Virus record (IMG/VR): IMGVR_UViG_3300032268_000966
DNA length: 64,000 nt
Direction: 5' to 3' (one strand)
From: an uncultured virus (IMG/VR IMGVR_UViG_3300032268_000966)
Taxonomy: Duplodnaviria > Heunggongvirae > Uroviricota > Caudoviricetes
This document shows, piece by piece, positions 59,533-64,000 of this stretch. Made by a program: the position numbers and the translations under genes. Each line of letters starts with the position of its first letter. Within the stretch, counting starts at the first letter, position 1. The notes beneath the pieces are model-generated. The model did no database searches and was not told the origin of the DNA. It worked only from the letters and a program-made list of their open reading frames with translations.

Positions 59533-60006
59533 TTAAGTTTGTGGAGTTGGAGTAGGCGTTGGTGTTTCTTGTGTTGGTATTTCTTGTGTTGGTTGTGGTT
59601 GTTGTGTTTCTTGAGGTTGTTGATTATCAAATTTTGCATTGATAATTACACTGACCATACTTTTATCTCCGTTAAAATTATAATTAGGCTTTGGAGTATT
59701 GTAAACTTCACCTGTTGGTTTAATTGACAATATCTTGTCTAACCTAAAAATTCTCCATCCTGGTAATGGTTGTTCTCCCTTATATGCTGTGTGAGAAGCA
59801 CCTTCATCATCCCAAGCTCTTAAAATCTTGTTGCCCGCTTTACTTGTTCCTAAGCAAACAGGTTCAATTTGTCTAATACCTCTACCACCTGGTTCATCAC
59901 CATCATAATAGATAATCACTATCTGTCTTTTTTTAATGGCGTCAACAACACCATCGATAGAAGCGATTTCACATATTAGACCTTTAAGTGCTTGATTTAA
60001 TTTCAT
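59533..60006 (-). CDS. Stand-alone WYL-like domain protein
   Basis: AIKKRQIV.IYY......RQIEP..LG.......LRAW...WRIFRLDKI. Confidence 0.7.
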   Translation of the reverse strand: MKLNQALKGLICEIASIDGVVDAIKKRQIVIIYYDGDEPGGRGIRQIEPVCLGTSKAGNKILRAWDDEGASHTAYKGEQPLPGWRIFRLDKILSIKPTGEVYNTPKPNYNFNGDKSMVSVIINAKFDNQQPQETQQPQPTQEIPTQETPTPTPTPQT

Positions 60007-60299
60007 TAAAAATTAGGATAAGTTTTTGATGAATTAAATTTGTTAATTTTGATTTCGTTTTTTCTTTCCATAACGTCGTCAATAGTTCCAGCGTTTACGT
60101 TGTAGACATCTAAGAAGGTACCTGTACCTCTACCCATAGAATCTCCGTCGGCAACAGCATCTCTGTTTACTGATGAATATTCATTACCTACAGCGTTATA
60201 GTCGTTTTTTGGTATTAATTTAGCTCTTTCCGCTTCAGCATAGGCTGTAAGTGCGTTTGGTTCGTTTTGAGATAAATCAACAATTAGTTCATTTGCCAT
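60006..60299 (-). CDS. hypothetical protein
   Basis: 97-aa coupled ORF. Confidence 0.65.
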   Translation of the reverse strand: MANELIVDLSQNEPNALTAYAEAERAKLIPKNDYNAVGNEYSSVNRDAVADGDSMGRGTGTFLDVYNVNAGTIDDVMERKNEIKINKFNSSKTYPNF

Positions 60300-60301
60300 G
60301 A

Positions 60302-60778
60302 TTATAATTTTGAAATTAGTTCGTTTATTCTTTTTAGGCTTTCAGTTACCGCAGTATTATATCTATAAACGGTACTGGTATGTTCTTGTGAAGGCCTTAC
60401 ATTATTAAAGTTTTTCTTTTCGTGAGGTTTTAAAAACTGATTTTGCATTCCTGCATTCATTTTATTTGTTTTGGTCATTTTTTCGTAATCTCTCATTTTC
60501 CTCAATTCATTTTCCACCCAATTTTTCATTACAACACCCCCATTTAAAATAAACGGAGCTTCATTATGATTACCACTAAAATTATCAAAAAAGTTTTTAA
60601 TCCTTTTTAATTGTTTGTATTCAATAAAATTTTGACCTTGTAGTTCTTGATTTCTATTAAACCCTTCAATATTTTCATTGGCACCTTTAACCATACGGAA
60701 ACATTTTTTCATGTGTTCCTGTTTGTCTTTAGGAAATTCAATTTCTCCTTTGGCCGAATTATATAGGTCCTTATTCAT
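60302..60778 (-). CDS. hypothetical protein
   Basis: 158 aa; C-terminal VTESLKRINELI. Confidence 0.65.
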   Translation of the reverse strand: MNKDLYNSAKGEIEFPKDKQEHMKKCFRMVKGANENIEGFNRNQELQGQNFIEYKQLKRIKNFFDNFSGNHNEAPFILNGGVVMKNWVENELRKMRDYEKMTKTNKMNAGMQNQFLKPHEKKNFNNVRPSQEHTSTVYRYNTAVTESLKRINELISKL

Positions 60779-60779
60779 A

Positions 60780-61595
60780 TTATTTTTTTAATTCTGTTCT
60801 TAGAAATTTAATCAAGTCATCAATTTGAAGACCTTGACGTTCTGCTTGTTTTTTTAAGTTAGCAATATTTCTTTTTAGAATTTTAAAATCGTCAACATTC
60901 TTTTCATTCACGTCACCATCTTCTGAAGATTTCTTATTTGCCAAAAGGTCCTCAACCATTTTGATTGCCTTTTGTTTTTGAATCTCAGATAATGTTGCTC
61001 TTGTGATAAAGTTTTTATCTTTATAGTATTTTGATTTTTTATCTTTCTTACCTGATGGGTCTTTACCTTGTTGCTTTGTTCTTTCTTTAGCATCATCAGG
61101 TTCCATTCCCATATCTTTAACCAAATATTTGTAAGTGTCTTCACCATCCATGTCTTCAGTTTCCTCATATCCAAACGCTCCTGACATGTCAATTTCTTTC
61201 ATTTCACTTTCACCATAGTAAGTTCTATATCCACGAGAGATTGGGTCGTTTGTAATTCTTGATGCCGCCACAGTTTGGTCCATAGTTTTTCTTGGGTGAA
61301 GCCTAGGGTCTAAAATAGGAATTGCAGAGTTTGACATTGCTCCGTCAGCATTAACCAGTTCTTCCAAATCTTTTTTTAAAGTTTTGGTATCCTTAATTTT
61401 TTTCTCTTTGGCAACTTTTTTTAAATGTTTTTTTACTTTCTCACCCTTACTTTTTTCGAAGTGAATTACCTCGTCTTTTTTGCGAGCTTCAGTTAAATTT
61501 CCTTCCACAGAGAAATATAAGGAATATTTACTCCCCTTGTCTCTTAAGAGAAAATAATATGGCGATGAATAAAATTCGGTATCTGTTGCAATCAT
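60780..61595 (-). CDS. hypothetical protein
   Basis: 271 aa; TATTTATA upstream (61611-61618). Confidence 0.7.
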   Translation of the reverse strand: MIATDTEFYSSPYYFLLRDKGSKYSLYFSVEGNLTEARKKDEVIHFEKSKGEKVKKHLKKVAKEKKIKDTKTLKKDLEELVNADGAMSNSAIPILDPRLHPRKTMDQTVAASRITNDPISRGYRTYYGESEMKEIDMSGAFGYEETEDMDGEDTYKYLVKDMGMEPDDAKERTKQQGKDPSGKKDKKSKYYKDKNFITRATLSEIQKQKAIKMVEDLLANKKSSEDGDVNEKNVDDFKILKRNIANLKKQAERQGLQIDDLIKFLRTELKK

Positions 61596-61647
61596 CTGTT
61601 CTTTTTATCATATAAATACCACGACACAATGTATTTATCATTAGTTT

Positions 61648-64000
61648 ATGGCATATCAAAATATAAATCAATATAATTTTAGACGATGGGGTATTAAACC
61701 TGTCAACGAAGTCACGGACATTTGTCTCGCGTCAGATGAGAAAGACTACGACCAAGAAGTTATTTTTTCACCATTGTTAATTGGTGAGGATAATGGTAAT
61801 AGAATGCCTTTTAAATTTGACTTTAATAGTTCAGGGACTACAAAATGTCAAACAAATTTGTGTACATTTGATGATGATACTATTGTATCTGAAAACTATT
61901 GGAATCCGACTGATACAGACCCTAATTTTTGTCCCATTGTTACTGAGTTATGTGATGTTGGTTTGACAGGTATTGACAATGGACTTGTTAAAAACATGTC
62001 AGGTGAGACTATTGAAATCACAACTGGTCTTTACGAAACAGAGTCAGACAGATTTAGTAGATATAAATATGATAGGAGAATGAAAATGCACCCTATCACT
62101 GGTTTCACAACTTCAGAAAATAGATTGTGGAACGACAACTCTTATACCTATGATATGTATTACGCCACAGATGGTAATCCTGTGGGTTATTTTGCCAGAT
62201 TAAACGGAGGGTTTTTTCAAGGTTTTTATAAGTTACCAGGATACGACTATCAGGTGTTCCCTCAAAGAGTATCGTTAGGGTGGACAGCTGAATTTATGTT
62301 AAGATACAGATGGACAGGAGATACTTCTGTCGGACTTAATTCAAGGTATCCTGATAATAAGGGAACCTTTTTCTACATGGGAGCGAGAGCCGAAAACAAA
62401 TTCTATCACTATGCTGATGGTGAACCAAAACAAGATACAGGGTATACAAGAGTGACCTCAGGGTTAACTTGTATGCATACTTGTGGATGTGCAAGTACTG
62501 CGAATACTTCATCTGAATGTCTACAGGTGTATCAACCATCGGGAGGTACGATAACTCATTGTACTTGTGGTTGCCCTTGTGATTGTGAGTCACATGCCAA
62601 ATATCCTGAAAAGGACCCGTTATATGATGGTGTGTCAAATGCGTTGTCTTTAAGATTAAGTGGAGATACAGGTAGTCCAAGACTATGTGTTAAGACATAT
62701 AGAATAACAGGAGGGTGTGAACATAGTGGAACTTGTCTTACAGGATTGACTTACCACACTGGAACATCTGTAACCGAATGGTGTTCTACGAGAGGAATAT
62801 TTGATGATTGTAGTGGGACTACTTATCCTAACGTTGAACATTGGGTTCAAATAGATGCCGTATTTCAAAGAAAGGAATGGTTTGATACCTGTGACCTATA
62901 TGAAAAAGGAGGACTTGGTTTGTTAGTTGATGATGTATATTTTGCAACATTAGAGAATAGAAGTGTAACATTAGTTGAACCTCCAATAACACATGACCCA
63001 GGATATATTCCACCTTCAACAGAGGTTGTTACGTTTACTGATATGTGGACCGAAGAACAAAAATATAGATTAGGTACTCTTAAGTTTTATGTTAATGGTA
63101 AATTATTTTTGGTGGCTGAAAATTTCGAGGAAATAATTCCAAGACTTCTTAATGTTGAAAAAGAAAAACAAATTGGAGTTGGATATAATATTTCAGTTGG
63201 TGGTGGTACTCAAGGTCTTCACGACAACTTAACATTCTCTGCAGGGTGTCCCGCAGAGTTAAGTGGTATTACATATCAACAAGACCCTGAATGTTTAACA
63301 GATTATGACTTAGAACATACTGAATACTCAGGTCTTACAACTCAAATAAGGTTAGAAGAAATTTTTGGTGGTAGTATGATTGGTGATGTTAGTGCATTTA
63401 GAATGTATACAGAACCATTAAACGCTTCTCAAATTAGACATAACTTTAAATTATTAAAGAATAGATATAATTTATTAGACCCTAATTGTCTTAATTGTAG
63501 AATTTTTATTCCAAACAACGACTTGTTGTATATCTCAGTACCGTGTAATGATTTAGGATATTTGATGGTACCATGTAATGATTTGTTTTCTTCTTTATAC
63601 CCATGTCCAACATCAACCCCTACTAACACTCCAACTACCACATCAACACCAACAAATACATCAACCCCTACTAACACTGAAACTCCAACTTCTACGGCTA
63701 CTGTTGGATTAACACCTACTGCAACAGAAACTCAGACACCTACACCAACAGAGACTCCGACTCAAACTCCAACTAACACCGAAACACCAACTAACACACC
63801 AAGTGAGAGTCCTACACAGACTCCAACACAAACCGCAACTCCATCTACAACTGCAACTATTGGATTAACACCAACTCCAACAGAAACTCAAACACCAACT
63901 CCAACTGAAACACCTACTAATACACCAACTAATACGGAAACTCCAACAAACACTCCAAGTGAAACTGCGACAGAAACTCCTACTAATACTCCAACCAATA
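61648..64000 (+). CDS. Large Cys-rich LamG/ConA-like protein with a Thr/Pro mucin-like tract (runs off the window)
   Basis: Manual translation: [31 protein letters not shown]..., [32 protein letters not shown] (LamG-like), then TPTNT/TPTET repeats from ~63604. Not in the ORF track because there is no stop. Confidence 0.8.
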   Translation, partial: MAYQNINQYNFRRWGIKPVNEVTDICLASDEKDYDQEVIFSPLLIGEDNGNRMPFKFDFNSSGTTKCQTNLCTFDDDTIVSENYWNPTDTDPNFCPIVTELCDVGLTGIDNGLVKNMSGETIEITTGLYETESDRFSRYKYDRRMKMHPITGFTTSENRLWNDNSYTYDMYYATDGNPVGYFARLNGGFFQGFYKLPGYDYQVFPQRVSLGWTAEFMLRYRWTGDTSVGLNSRYPDNKGTFFYMGARAENKFYHYADGEPKQDTGYTRVTSGLTCMHTCGCASTANTSSECLQVYQPSGGTITHCTCGCPCDCESHAKYPEKDPLYDGVSNALSLRLSGDTGSPRLCVKTYRITGGCEHSGTCLTGLTYHTGTSVTEWCSTRGIFDDCSGTTYPNVEHWVQIDAVFQRKEWFDTCDLYEKGGLGLLVDDVYFATLENRSVTLVEPPITHDPGYIPPSTEVVTFTDMWTEEQKYRLGTLKFYVNGKLFLVAENFEEIIPRLLNVEKEKQIGVGYNISVGGGTQGLHDNLTFSAGCPAELSGITYQQDPECLTDYDLEHTEYSGLTTQIRLEEIFGGSMIGDVSAFRMYTEPLNASQIRHNFKLLKNRYNLLDPNCLNCRIFIPNNDLLYISVPCNDLGYLMVPCNDLFSSLYPCPTSTPTNTPTTTSTPTNTSTPTNTETPTSTATVGLTPTATETQTPTPTETPTQTPTNTETPTNTPSESPTQTPTQTATPSTTATIGLTPTPTETQTPTPTETPTNTPTNTETPTNTPSETATETPTNTPTN
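63604..64000 (+). repeat. Thr/Pro/Glu low-complexity coding repeat
   Basis: ACACCAACT/ACTCCAACA-type units encoding TPTNT, TPTET, TPTQT. Confidence 0.85.

Overview
This AT-rich 64-kb window is a segment of a large T4-like (jumbo/huge) myophage genome, most likely infecting Bacteroidota. Host evidence: TAnnTTTG promoters, no obvious Shine-Dalgarno sequences, and Bacteroidota-type bS21, TonB receptor and tmRNA. From left to right it holds: (i) a TonB-dependent receptor plus lipoprotein operon; (ii) a phage tmRNA with an unusually long tag, next to an N-domain-less ClpC, a divergently transcribed double-UVR protein and two peptidases; (iii) a head module (terminase, portal, prohead protease, scaffold, major capsid) with an antisense bS21 gene inside it; (iv) baseplate/structural genes; (v) a gp55-like sigma factor ending a ~24-kb minus-strand run of glycosyltransferases, sugar-modifying enzymes, methyltransferases, PhoH, NadE and dUTPase; (vi) two Thr/Pro mucin-like proteins. 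A TATTTAT(A/T/C) motif precedes most structural transcription units. The two best candidate systems are a phage-encoded ribosome-rescue/proteolysis module and a virion O-glycosylation system. All family calls are from motif recognition by eye; no database search was run.
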